In this document: positions 25,133 to 37,990 of the stretch, piece by piece | Layout: every line of letters starts with the position of its first letter | Numbering within the stretch: position 1 is the first letter of the stretch | Assembly: GCA_951804945.1 (NCBI GenBank) | Contig: OX638149.1 | Location: forward strand, 134,726,001 to 134,790,000 | Length of the DNA: 64,000 bases | Direction: 5' to 3' | Source: Podarcis cretensis | Lineage: Eukaryota | The notes under the pieces: generated by a model | What the model was told of the DNA's origin: nothing | Database searches by the model: none | Seen by the model: the letters and a program-made list of their open reading frames with translations, nothing else | Program-made: the position numbers and the translations under genes

Positions 25133-25545
25133 CAGTGGTGCCTCGCAAGACGAAAAGAATCCGTTCCACAAGTCTCTTCGTCTTGCGGTTTTTTCGTCTT
25201 GTGAAGCAAGCCCATTAGCGGCTTAGCGGATTAGCGCTATTAGCGGCTTAGGGGTTTAGCAGATCAGCTGATAAGTGGCTTAGCGGTTTAGTGGATCAGC
25301 TGTTAAACAGCTTAGCGGATCAGCTGTTAAGCGGCTTAGCGGATAAGCAGATAAGCGGCTTAGCGGCTTAGCGGCTTAGAAAAAGGGGGGGAAAGGAAAA
25401 AAACCCGCAGGAACTCGCAAGACATTTTCGTCTTGCGAAGCAAGCCCATAGGAAATTCGTTTTGCGAAGCACCTCCAAAAAGGAAAACCCTTTCGTCTAG
25501 CGGGTTTTCCGTCTTGCGAGGCATTCGTCTTGCGGGGCACCAATG
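25133..25545. mobile_element. Tc1/mariner-pogo MITE (same family as 416-743) with an expanded internal minisatellite
   Basis: Same TIRs, TA TSD; TAGCGGCT/AGCGGATCAGCTG repeats at 25216-25378. Confidence 0.9.
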
Positions 25546-27739
25546 TACCTTCAGGCAGAATCTTAGCTTCAAAATGCTATGTTACATTGAATGGGTATTC
25601 AGTGATTTCTCAGTCTGGAAAGAAGGTATGGTGGTTTGATCTGATAGTCACAACATACTGAGTGCTAACTTGACATCAAATTAGAAGTAATATTTATGAA
25701 TGCAAACACTTAACTCTAGAGAACATAGTATTTTCAAATGCATTTAAATGGAAAGGTAGAAGAGTGATGTACATGGTGACTTATTATACATACTAATTAG
25801 ATGTTTTGACGTATAACAAATCTGTAAATTTTGACGACTAAAATGTTTCTCTAGATAAGACATTATATGGACGTTTCTTGCTGGTGATTGCTATCTTAAA
25901 TTCAAGGTTGTCCATATTGTGTTTCTATTACAATGTTAACATACATTTTTGGAGTTATATTAAGATTTGAGTGTTACATATTGAAAAGGATTTATTTATC
26001 CCCATGGAACTTATATTCAAATGATGAAAAATTTTCTGGTCACACCTAAGCACAGAGAAAGCTGAAGTTAATGTGGTATCAAACAACAGAAGCCATAATT
26101 GACAAATAATACCCCTCATAAATACTATCAGTCTTTTCAATTAATTTTTGTCTAAAGTTCTAGATATAAAATGATGACCTGTCAACTGACAATGGATGAC
26201 AAAAATTAATAAATTGTCTTCTAAATAGTGTGGACACTTAAGAAAAATTGGGCAGCCAATTTAGCACAGCATGAACCAGGGAGGAACCTTTTGTACTGTT
26301 GCCGTGCCACTAATGTTGTCTGGGCCTTTATTAATGGTGCTTGGCTGCTACTGACAGTTTTGTTGCTACTGGCAACTTTCTTCATTAAAATTAAAGCCAG
26401 CGTCAAATCCCATTAGCTACACTCTGGGTACCTTGGGTGGGGATTTTTTAAACTTCATATACACAGTTTGTGTATAATATGTGCACACACATATGCAACT
26501 TTAATAGCACATTTTTAATATATGTCAAAAGTTGAAGTGGGATAAAAGCAGACCTTTTTCATGGTCATCCACTTATTTTTTAAGTATAAACATATTAAAT
26601 GTCGACTGGGATACAAATTAACACTTTTAAATGCCACACACACCCATGCAATTTGTAGAAAGCTTGTTTTACCAACATGCCTTGTTTGAAGGACAAATGT
26701 ATGAAGCAGGTGAAGAGTTCTTGCATTATGCCTCTTTCACTTGTCATTTTTTGAAACAAGGAACATCCTTAATCCTGTGTTGCCTGCCTTTTGCAGGAAA
26801 CAGTGACTAATCTTGGGGACTGTTGTTCTTACAAATAGAATATTGAAGGACAGTTATTGTGGCTACATAGTTACTAACACAGCTGTCACTTTGATCAGAT
26901 GTAGTGGGAGAAGTTTAAATAACTTTTGAATCAAGAGGACTTTAGGCGACAACATATTAATTCTTGAGAGCAGCATTGATTTCCCCCCTTCCCTCTCCTG
27001 TATTTGTTTTCTCTTACTTACCCATATGAGACAGTGAAATGCCTGTCAGTTTTATTATATCGGTTGTTAGACTGCTGTGGCCCATGGCCTGGGTCCCATC
27101 CTAAATTGCAGTTAATGTTGTACAGGCTTTATAGACTGAATGTGAAGAGTATTTTGTCTTTCTGTTTTTGGTGATTAAAACTGTTAAGTGCACTGTATTG
27201 TTTACTTTTATTATATTATCCTTGTTCTTGTTTTAGTTATATTTGTCCTTCTTTGAGGTTGTAACTCCTCTCTCTACTTATGTTACAAAATAAAAGAAAG
27301 ACATATATGATGGGGAGAACCCATTAAGTGCAAAATAATAATAATCTTTGACCCAGCTCAAACTCATGGTAGCATGCATGTGTATCTAGAATTGAAGACA
27401 GCACATGCTCTTACTTCACTAATTAAAAGATTGTCTAGCTGCTATCTAGTCATAACTGTGTGAGAATGTCCAATAAACTAAAAGGGACGTGCAGTGGAAC
27501 CAACTTCTTGCATTTTGTTTCTAAGTGAGGCATGATTTTTGCTTTGCCAGAAGCTCATAGTGGCCAAGAAATTGGGTCCTTTTCTGCCTACTGTTCAATC
27601 CTGACAGCACAGAAAAATGAAGGAAAACTAACAGAAATAATTTCAGCAGAAATAATGTCAGGTTCTGCATTTAGGTAGGAAGAATCAGTGGCACACATAC
27701 AGGCCAGTTGGCATTTGGTTTGACGTGTAAATAATCTAG

Positions 27740-28345
27740 GGATTTTAGTAGACCAAAAGCTACACATGAGTTAGCAGTGCAGTGTAGATCAAAAAAGCCT
27801 AATGTATTTTTAGGTTGCACCAAAAAAAGTATAGGTTCCAGATGACATGAAGTAATGGTATGACTCTATTTTGCTTTGTTCCAGTTAAGTTCTAGACACC
27901 CCATTTTTAGAAGAACTTGGGCTGAAAATGGTGAAAAGTCTAGAGATCCAGTCCTATGAAGAAAAATTGAAGTAGTACAGTTTCATTAGCCTGGCAAATA
28001 TACTATTAAGAGGCAATATGGTAACCATCTAAATATATTTGAAGGGTTATCACGTAGATCAGGGACATCCAATTCTGCAATCTGCAATCTACTCACAGTA
28101 TAAAAAAACTGGCAGTGATCTACCCAAAGTTGTGGAGCTTGAGCTTTTTTTTAGGAAGCCAAAGTTGTGGGCTTTTTTGCTTTTTTGTAAGGAGATCGCT
28201 GAGGGGCCAGAGATCAACCAGAATCTACCAGGAACATCTGATACCTGTTGGACATGCCTGACGTAGATTATGGACTACAGTTATTTTCTGTTGCTCTAGC
28301 ATGTAGAACTTGAACCAGTGAGTTCAAACTACTACAAGTATTTAG
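27740..28345 (+). mobile_element. Old CR1 fragment interrupted by a hAT MITE (28060-28260)
   Basis: Degraded CR1 ORF2 sequence; MITE CAGGGACATCCAA...TTGGACATGCCTG with 8-bp TSD ACGTAGAT. Confidence 0.7.
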
Positions 28346-28900
28346 ACTAAGCATTAGGAAGAACTAACTGACATGTCCCAGCTTCTTATCCCAATCCCAG
28401 ATGTCTTGTTTTGGCTCCTGTGATCTGGTTGTGCCAGAGCGTGGGACCAAAAAATGATAGGAAAATCCCACACGTTGCCACTCTTCTTCCTCCTTCTATT
28501 GTGGCACTTCCAGAAGCTGGCTTCCGGAAGTATGTCTGTGGTGCCAGAGAAGGAGGAGGCTGTGATGGGATCAGCAGGATGGTGTGGAGGGTGCCCTAAA
28601 TTGACCCCCAAGTTTTTTTTGAGGGGTATGAACTGATGGTATGAGCTATTAAACAGTGGGGCGGATTGTCTCAGAAGGTGGTGTATTCTCCTTTAGAGTT
28701 TGTAAACAGAGACTTGGTGTTCACCTGTCAGGGATGTTGTGGCAGTGGATTTCCTGTTTTGGCAGGGGATTGACTTTTGAGATCCTTTGCAACTCTTTGA
28801 CTGTTCCTAATTTAGCTTCAGACTTTAAAAGCTTGAATGCACTGTGCATAAAATGGTGTGAATAAAGTGTGTCGTATTTTAATACTATATTTGTATGAAC

Positions 28901-29048
28901 AAAGGTAAAGGACCCCTGGATGGTTAAGTCCAACTGAATTCAAGTTTGGGTGCAGTGCTCATCTCCACTTTCAGGGTGAGGGAGCCAGCGTTTGTCCGCA
29001 GACAGCTTTTCCGGGTCATGAGGCCAGCATGACTAAACTGCTTCCAGA
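28901..29048 (-). mobile_element. Sauria SINE 3' fragment
   Basis: AAAGGTAAAGG tail followed by the reverse-complemented SINE 3' body. Confidence 0.75.
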
Positions 29049-30331
29049 GCATGAGACAAAAATGAAGTATTGGAGGCAATGATGTCACGTATCCATTTCC
29101 TGCTCCTGACTTTAGAATTTCAACGAGCAAGAAATTAGGTTTGCTTTTGTTAATTGTGATCAGCTATTAATCAAATATAAACAGGTTGCTGAAGCCTTTG
29201 CTGTACATTTGACAAAGCACACCTCTTGTACCCTGATGACAAAAAATATAATCTGACGTTTTTGGGAATAGAATTAGTTAAAGCATCGGGTAACCACCAA
29301 CAGCATGCACATCCAGGTTTTCAGCTCCATCATTCTATTTATCTACATATCTTTGGAAGTTTGCTTTCAGGTAAAATTTTCTATGAAGACAGGGCTCGCT
29401 GCCTACAAACGGTCTTAATTTAGTGTTTGCTGCTGTCAGAACATGTAATGCCATAACCTGAGCTCTTCTGCTGACAGGAGGTCAGATGTGAGAACTGAGA
29501 AGTTTGTGGAGTCTCATAATGGATAGTGGAACATTACAATCGAGTAAAGAACAGTGTCTTATATGTTTCTTAATTAATTATGTTCTTGGGTGGATTTGAA
29601 ACCAATATTGCTTTGGTTTTGTTTTAAATAGAAAGTAGTTGTCATTTGTATTGATTCCTACAAGCTTTGCAACTTTACAATTAGACCTCTACAAACTGAT
29701 TAAGGGTTGACCTATTTAAAAAGCTATATAAAAAGAATACAGTGGTAAGAAGTAGTAGTGTAGAGAGCAATTAGAAAGCAGAAGGAGCTAAAAGTTGGTA
29801 ATGCCCCGCCAAGGCCCGGCAAAGGGCCTTCTGCCAGCTCCCAAAGCCCTTACTCTGCCCATTCATCTGTCCACTCTGAGCTTGTGAGCAAGGGCAAGGG
29901 AAAGGAAAATAAGAAGCTTTTCTTGCATTTTGCCCTTTCCCTCTTGGCAGCAGTGTAGAAAGGATCCCGAGGGAGAAGGCAAACAAATAGCCTGGGAGGT
30001 GGGCCTACTCTCAAATACCATTTTACCCAACAGCCCTCCTGGAATATCTGTCCCTAGTTTAATATATATATTTCCTTAAAGTCTTTATATTGGTTGCCCA
30101 GTAACATAATTCTCTGGGTGGCTTACAAAGATAAGATAATATCAAAAATAATTGTAGCAGAGAGACCTAAAACCAAATTCACAGTACAACTAAAAAAATA
30201 TCAAAATATATATCAAGGGAGATAATAGATTTTCAAAATCTAGGAGGTAAAAAATGTATTTTTCTGTTGCTGACAATACCTTTCTCTAATTACCAACTTC
30301 CTTTTGTGGCAATGTTCAAAACTCAGATATA

Positions 30332-30562
30332 CTGTGGTACCTCGGGTTATATACACTTCAGGTTACATACGCTTCAGGTTACAGACTCTGCTAACCCAGA
30401 AATAGTACCTCGGGTTAAGAACTTTGCTTTAGGATGAGAACAGAAATCGCGTGGCAGCAGCAGGAGGCCCCATTAGCTAAAGTGGTGCTTCAGGTTAAGA
30501 ACAGTTTCAGGTTAAGAACGGACCTCCGGAACGAATTAAGTATGTTACCCGAGGTACCACCA
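30332..30562. mobile_element. Tigger-like MITE
   Basis: Reverse complement of 20877-21105; slightly decayed termini. Confidence 0.85.
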
Positions 30563-32835
30563 TATAAGCTAATCACCAAATGACACCTTAAATCTAGGTT
30601 ATGGTTGCCACAACAGAATGTCTACGTGCCATTTCCCTCCCCCAAATGAGATGGTGCTCTCTAGATATTTGGATTACCTTGCTGGCTGGAACTAGTGAGA
30701 GTTGTAGTCCAAAGCATAAGTAGAGCAGCAATTTATGGAAGGGTGCTCTAAGATAGAACAAATTAATCAGGTAATGGCAGCCACTAATTTTATAGTGTTA
30801 TTTTGGATCAGCATTACAGCTCAACGACTTAAGTGTTTGTTTCTAATGCTTATTACCAGTTATGCATAGAGAACTTGAGTACTTCTTGAAGGACCAGGGA
30901 TTGGGTATATTTATTTCCCACAGTCTTAAGAGCCCCTATATGTCATCCAGCGTACAACTGATTATTTCTGGTACAGATGTGATATCACATTTGTGAAGTT
31001 ATTGAAGAAAATAGCAAATAATGTTTAGATGCCACCATCTGGCATACTAATTTTATGCCACTATAACATGGCTGTTTATATAAAATTACATTTTCTGATT
31101 CAGTATGTTTACATTACTCATCTGTATGACCATAGTGTTTTGAAAACCCGTGTTTTAATTAACAGCATAATATCTACAAGCATAATGAGATTGAAATCTG
31201 GACTGCATATTGTCTTGTGTTCAGATCATTTAATTTTATAGATATATGTCTAAAGTTATTATATTAGACTAATATTTAGAATATTATATTAATCTATACA
31301 TTAAAGAACAATGTTCATAATATATAGAAAGATGGTGATAGCTTTTCCTCCAAGCATCCCCAGACTGCCTATCATTCCACAGATTTTGATGTCAGGATTA
31401 CATCCACAGTAGTTTACGGTTGGCTTTCTATTTAACAAACTTAACCTGAGATTTCTTCTGTTTCTTTGACTGTGCCATTGGATAGGCTGCCCTCTGTACC
31501 TCTGTCTACATGGCATAAGTAATTTTCTAGGTCACTGCTTCTTCTATCTCGTCTGTCGCTATCTCTTCTGTCGGTTCTTGCTGTGGTGCTTAGCTAACCA
31601 GAACTAACTAGAACCCTACTAGGTTCCCAGTGGCCAGTAATGATCTTTCTTCAGGATAAGACTTTCTCAAGTGTTGTGCTTCTTTTACAGAAAAATACTG
31701 TGCTAAATGATATCTTGAAATTAAGTTCTGGAACAAGTTGCCACTGAAATGTCTTGGACTTCGGGATAGTGTCTATGAAATATAAAATATGTGCTTTTTA
31801 AAAAATTTGTAATCAAATGAATACCAATGGATAGATTTTGTGGATTGGCAGTATAATTCAGCAGGCTTCGAAATTTTCATCCATAAAGCAGATTCTCTGC
31901 CTTGAGGGGGAAATAACATCCTTGCTACAGGACAAAGTCTATAATAGTTGGACCATGACAAAAAAGGTGTCTTCTTTTTAACTCTTGTGTTTCCAACCTA
32001 GGTCAGAAAACAGTTGTTTAAGATAAACTGTAATAACAAAAATTAAAATGTTTTTCTAATATCTTGGAATCCAATCTGCTGTATTAAAAATCTATGATTG
32101 TATTTGTAATTAATGTAAAAATGTCTATCTATAATGGTGCTAATAGCTCTAATGTCATAAAAACAAATAGTTTTACAACAAATTTTAATAGATTTTTATT
32201 ATGAATCCCTGAGACTTGAAGGTGGCATATAGTCATTTTCAGTACCATTTTTTTTTTAAAAAATCAGAGTTTACTCTGAAGTATACTAGAGCAGTAGTGT
32301 GATAGACTCATTGATAGAATTGACACTTGCAAGACTACACTCAAGAGAAATGAATACATTCTCCTGATTACCCATATCCAGTGCAATAGAATGTCGTCCT
32401 CCTGGAATTACAGTAGTTCATAGTTGGCAACTTCCTCAGCGGAAGAAAAGGTCATCATTCATTTGCATGTTAATGCATTTAAATGTATGCAAATTCAACA
32501 TTTCATCATTGCCTAATATCAAGGGTGAGTTTAAAATAGAAATTAGGTAGGAGGAAGAAAAGCCAATCAGGCCAACTTAATGCTGGCCATGTGGCAACCT
32601 TAGCACTTGTTCATAGTGGCCCAAAGGCCACAGACTATTTCATGATATGGAAGATAAAATGTATACCCAACTAATAATCCTGATTCCCCCCCCCCATGGC
32701 AGCTCTTTTTGTGTGTTAGCTTTCATTACCTAACTTGCATTCTAGTTATTTTTAGGTAGATACTAAGCAAGTAGTCATTTAAATCAATGGCCAGCCTCAG
32801 GTTTATCAGACGTGCATTGTGAATTCATATAAATA

Positions 32836-33076
32836 CAGTGGTACCTCGGTTTACGAACTTAATCTAACCCAGAAGTTCGTTCTTAAACTGAAAACGTTCT
32901 TAAACCGAGGCACGCTTTCCCTAATGAAGCCTCCCACCACCGGTGCCCTTCCATAATTCGGCTTCCGTTGTTTGACCAAGGTAGAGTTCGTAAACTGGGA
33001 CACTACTTCTGGTTTTGCGGAGTTCATAAACTGAATCATTCATAAACAGGACTGTTCTTAAACCGAGGTACCACTG
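32836..33076. mobile_element. Tigger-like MITE
   Basis: CAGTGGTACCTCGGTTTA TIRs, TA TSD; same family as 9075. Confidence 0.9.
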
Positions 33077-33639
33077 TACTCAAAAAGCTGTAGGTCAGGC
33101 AAGTAGGTGTGGATGAATCTTTAGAATGAATTGCAGTGCAATCATTGCAATAAACTCAGAGAATCAGCACATTTAATGCATCCCATGTCTCTAATCATAT
33201 AGAAAAGATCTGGCTTCATTCAGCATCAGTACAGAGAAAATGGCTTTATCTGGTGTGTGTGATAACACATATACATTTTTCTTTTATACCTACATCAGAC
33301 TTGTAAGACAATGTTTGTTCATAAGCTGGGTTCCCACATAGTTTCAGATAGCACATAACTGAGTGCTCCTCTATACATTATTTTTTTTAACCCACCACAT
33401 AGAAACCTTGCACATCAGAAATTAAGCTACCCTGGAACCCACCTCATTGATGTGTAATTTTCAATAAGAATGGAATTTATATGGAATAGCATTTAGCTTG
33501 AAATTGTACAGTCCAGACCAGACAAAAATCATACCAAATCATCAAACATTCCAGCTATTTGCTAAAATTTAATCCTTGCTAAAGTGATGGAATGGATGTT
33601 TGTTTGTTTGTTATATTTGTTTCCTCCAGAGAACTTGAT

Positions 33640-33806
33640 ACATGGTCTTCCACTAGTTTATTTGCACAGCAGCATTGTGTAGAAGGCCAAACGGAGAGTT
33701 TGTGACTGGCCCAAGGTCACTCGGTGAGGTTTATGTCTGAGTTGGGATTTGAATCTTGGCTTTCCCAGCCTTGGTCCAACACTCTAATCACTACACTGTG
33801 CTGGCT
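33640..33806 (-). mobile_element. MIR/CORE-SINE remnant
   Basis: GTGACTGGCCCAAGGTCAC...GGGATTTGAA...CACTACAC, matching the reverse of a CORE-SINE head and core. Confidence 0.6.
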
Positions 33807-33837
33807 CCGTTTTGGAAAAACTCACTGAATTTTTATG

Positions 33838-34350
33838 TTAAGAACATCAGAATAGTCCTGCTGGATCAAGCCAGTGTTTCATCTAGTCCTGCTTCCTTTT
33901 CTCCCAGTGGCCCATTAGATGCCCATGAGAAGCCCCAAAGCACGACCTGAGCACAGAGCACTCTCCTGTGTGCAGTTTCCAGCAGATGTCGTTCTGAGCC
34001 ATACTGCCTCCAACAGTGGAGGCAGAGGAGAGGCTTCGTGGCTAGTAGCCACTGGTAGCCTTGTCCTCCATGAATTTCCCTAATCTTTTAAAGCCATCTA
34101 AGTGGGTGGCAATCCCTTCCTCCTGTGGGAGCAAGTTCCATGCTTTTACTGTGTGCTGCCTGTAGAAGTCCTTTCTTTTATCCGCCCTGAATCTTCCAAC
34201 ATTCATCTTCATTGGATATTCATGAGTGCTATGAGAAAAGCTTTCCTCTATCCACTTTCTCCATGCCATACATAGTTTTATATACCGATATATACCGATA
34301 TTTCCTTAAACTGAAAAAACCCTCAAATGCCATAACGTTCCTCATAGGGG
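33838..34350 (-). mobile_element. CR1-group LINE 3' fragment (second family); a + strand copy lies at about 54830-55095
   Basis: Minus-strand GRFRADKRK.FY.Q..VKAWNLLP...LDGFKRL.KFMEDK; AAGAACAT-type tail. Confidence 0.75.
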
Positions 34351-34765
34351 AGTTAATGTTTGCATCACACAGTAAGCCATAAGCGACAACTTACCACACA
34401 CAGGCAATTAATAATAATAATCAAATGTATGGACTGCTGCACAGCTTAAAGCCATTGAAGTGGTGTACATGGTAAAAACAGAATAAAACACTGAAACACA
34501 AGCACAACAAAAAAATATCAATTCAACAAACTCAACAATAAAACCATCCATATAAACTCTAAAAACAACAAGACAATTTCATTAGATACAAAATTAGATC
34601 TTCCATATATGATTGGGTTACACCCCAGGGAAAGCCTTCCTAAACAAAAATGTATTCAGTGGACAACTAAGAATCATCACACTTGGTGCCTGTCGAATTA
34701 AATCTGCTAATCAGCAAAATTTATACAAATAAGTTTAAATATAAAAAATGAGTGAAAAGGAAATA

Positions 34766-35190
34766 TGCAGTGTGGTGTAGTGGTTAAGAGCGGTAGTCTT
34801 GTTATCTGGTGAACCGGGTTCGATTCCCTGCTCCTCCACGTGCAGCTGCTGGGTGACCTTGGGCTCGTCAAACTTCTCTGAAGTCTTGCAGCCCCACTCA
34901 CCTCACAGAGTGTTTGTTGTGGTGGAGGAAGGGAAAGGCAGTGGCGTAGCGTGGGGGGTGCAGAGGGGCCCGGCCGCAATGGGCGCAACATCTGGGGGTT
35001 AGGGTTAGGGGGCGCAAATCCACGGGTTAGGGGGCGCAAATCCACGGGTTAGGGGGTGCAAATTACTTGCCTTGCCCCGGGTGCTGACAACCCACGCTAC
35101 GCCACTGGGGAAAGGAGAATGTTAGCCACTTTGAGACTCCTTAGGGTAGTAATAAAATGGGATATCAAATCCAAACTCTTCTTCTTCTAT
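34766..35190 (+). mobile_element. tRNA-derived CORE-type SINE interrupted by a hAT MITE
   Basis: A box TGGTGTAGTGG, B box GGTTCGATTCC, CORE GGGTGACCTTGGGC, (CTT)n tail. Confidence 0.8.
34939..35107. mobile_element. hAT MITE carrying TTAGGG-containing 22-bp repeats
   Basis: Perfect 17-bp TIR CAGTGGCGTAGCGTGGG; 8-bp TSD GGGAAAGG. Confidence 0.92.
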
Positions 35191-35319
35191 TTTAAAATAA
35201 ACCAGAGAAGGAGGTTGAGGGAAGTCCAGGGGGAGGGGAAGATTTTGGATTTGGAAATTATGTTATTTGTTATGATGTAATATTGGATATATGAAAATTT
35301 AATAAAAAATAATTATAAT

Positions 35320-36077
35320 AAAAAAGTAAAAAATCTGGTAATTTATTCCAGAGAGCTGCAACTATAACACTAAAAGCCCAGTTCCTGGTACAGACTAGGT
35401 GCACCTCCAGGGTATATGGTACTCTCTCAGCAGTGTCCCATCTGAGAACACAGTTATTGATATAGTGGGCATGGTGGTCTCTTGGGAATCCTGGCCCCCA
35501 ATTGCTTAGGATGTTAAATGCTAAAATGAGGAGTCTGAACTGTGTTTGGTTGCATTTTGACAGTGAGTACAACTCCTTCCGCAGAGATCTTACATGGTGT
35601 TGGCAAGGGCACCCTAGTTAAAAATCTAGCTGCTGTATCTAGTTTATTGTCCTCATCCAGCCCACAACTGCTGCCAGACCCTGGCCAGAGCCTGCAAGGC
35701 CACTTCTATTTCAGATGTTATGGAGAAATAGAGTGGGGTGTCATTGGCATATGGATGACACTTCGCTCCATATTCCCTAATGATAGATCCCAAGGCTTCA
35801 TATAGTGCTGTGTGGCACTCCATAACCTAAATGCCATGGGGCTGATAAACATTCTGGACCCTGCATGTAAGACTTTCTGGACTCTGCATGCAGGAACTGA
35901 GCCACCATAAAATAGTACCGCTGACACCCGTCTCATATAAGTCCAGGAGGATAACATGGCCAATGGCATCAAAAGATGATGAGAGATCAAGCAAAGTAAG
36001 ATTGCACTCCCCTTGCCCTCATCCATCAGGGCAACCAAGTCTGATTTGTTCCTGAAACCAGGTCTGAATCAAGAGTA

Positions 36078-36114
<37 letters not shown>

Positions 36115-36880
36115 AATAATTTTATTATTTATACCCCGCCCATCTGGCTGGGTTTCCCCAGCTACTTGAGGTGTCTTACAGCACATAAAAAATGGTAAAA
36201 CATGAGTCATAAAAAAATTCCTGATACATGGTTGCCTTCAGAAATGGGTCTAGATAATCAATTCATCCAAGAAAGCCTGCAGCTGCTCTGGCACACCACT
36301 CTCAATTGCCAGACTAGGCTTTTAAAGGAGTGAACATACCACCACCTCTTTCAAAGCAATGGGCACCACTCATCCCTTAATGGCCCTTTCACCACACCCT
36401 GAGGCCACCCAGACACGCCCTACTGACTAGATTTTATTAACCAAGAGAGACAGGGATCAAGGAAGCATGTGGCTGGATACATAACTGACACTGTGTCAGT
36501 GTCTTCAAGCCTCAAGAAAATAAATTGATGCTCTAAAACCTGACCAGATATGGTGTTTGGTTCTGCACCAACTGTGGTGTCAAGATCACTATGAAGCCAA
36601 GCAATTTTACCCTCATAAACTCATCACAGCAAGCCTCCAAGGGGTCCAGGGAAACTCTCCCTGGGACCAATAACCTCTGAACCACTAGCAGAAGATGTGA
36701 CTGAGGCAGCAAAGTAGGCCTTCTTCATGGTAGGCAAACCAGTGTTCAGTTGGCTTCGGCACAAGATTTCTGCCATTTGCGCTCTAGTCCTCACCCAGGC
36801 TATTTTATCACTCACAATTTCCTGGTACCCCAGGGAGTAAAGGGGGCTACACAGAAATAGGGAGGGCATTCAGAAGTCAT
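35320..36880 (-). mobile_element. Fragmented old L2-clade LINE (RT region) with a younger L2 tail and (AAC)n/(AAT)n at 36078-36120
   Basis: Degenerate RT-like sequence (ALMDEG.GSAILL..., FSVIVAALWNKLP) on the minus strand. Confidence 0.6.
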
Positions 36881-37545
36881 CCTGTTGATGGCCCATCTCA
36901 TTTCTCCATTCCAGAGTGATACTTGCGCCTCATTGAGGTCAAGTCTTGCATCTCTGCTGAGATGTTTTGGGGTCTGAGTAAGTAGCACTAACTAAGGGCA
37001 TCGTTATAAGGGGTCTGTGTTATACAAGCAAATGACACTGCTTGATATTGAGTCAGATCTTGGTTACATATAGCCCAGTATTGTCTGCCCTTTGCATTAG
37101 AGGCTATTCAGGGTCCTAGACAGAGAAAGGTCTGCTGAAGGTGGCATCTGTGGCATGCAAAAGGATGTGCTCAGCCATAGATCTGTGGCCCCTCCCCTAA
37201 CAGGAGAAGACCAGGTGAAAGGAAAGAAAGATAAAGTAAACCAGAGAGTAACTAGAAAAATCAAGAAGGTACTCATCAGCCTAAAAGCGCGCGCGCGCAC
37301 ACACACACACAATCCACCTTGCACAGGTTTGAGGAACAGATACATATTATTTTTAACTTGGGACGTTCTCTTATTTCAAAAAACTCATATAGTTCAGGGT
37401 TTAAGGATTGCTCACAAAGCCCTTTTTGGTCCACAACATGAAGTGTGAACCCTTTTTGTGAAATAATATGGGCCACGTTTTTTTTTAAAAAAAAGCTTTC
37501 GTTTTTCTCTCAGTGTTCCAGGTTTTGTTATTCAGTAGATGTTAT

Positions 37546-37741
37546 NNNNNNNNNNNNNNNNNNNNNNNNNNNNNNNNNNNNNNNNNNNNNNNNNNNNNNN
37601 NNNNNNNNNNNNNNNNNNNNNNNNNNNNNNNNNNNNNNNNNNNNNNNNNNNNNNNNNNNNNNNNNNNNNNNNNNNNNNNNNNNNNNNNNNNNNNNNNNNN
37701 NNNNNNNNNNNNNNNNNNNNNNNNNNNNNNNNNNNNNNNNN
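37546..37741. other. N gap (196 nt)
   Basis: Run of N. Confidence 0.99.
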
Positions 37742-37990
37742 AGTCCTGGTAAGGGCTTTGAAGCCTTCACTTGTGTGATTTTCACAGCAGTGAGGTAGGA
37801 ATAGAGGCAGCTAATGACAGGAAGGTCGCTTGGGTTATGTGACCTGTGAGGTGGGGTGGTTAGGTTTAGCAAATAGGGCATCCACAATAACAAGTGTGTC
37901 ACTAACCCTGCCGTGCATAATCGAAGTTTTATAGGATTGTTGGAGATGCTGACAGCTCAATTAAAGTGTAACCCTTTGTACCGTACACCC
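37742..37990. promoter_or_regulatory. Conserved enhancer, probable orthologue of HACNS1/HAR2 (GBX2 enhancer in an AGAP1 intron)
   Basis: GCAAATAGGGCATCCACAATAACAAGTGTGTCACTAACCCTGCCGTGCATAATCG (37869-37923) matches my recollection of the non-human HACNS1 core. It lies in the expected intron, upstream of the 105-bp PH exon. Confidence 0.75.

Noticed and set aside
34766-34840. tRNA gene (also the heads of the Sauria and Squam-like SINEs)
   Set aside because: A and B boxes continue into SINE bodies and tails; no complete cloverleaf.
34994-35056. Interstitial telomere or chromosome-fusion scar
   Set aside because: Only four hexamers, enclosed by perfect hAT TIRs and a TSD.
37445-37902. ORFs spanning N runs (also at 10.7 kb and 56.2 kb)
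   Set aside because: Artefacts of X translation across gaps.
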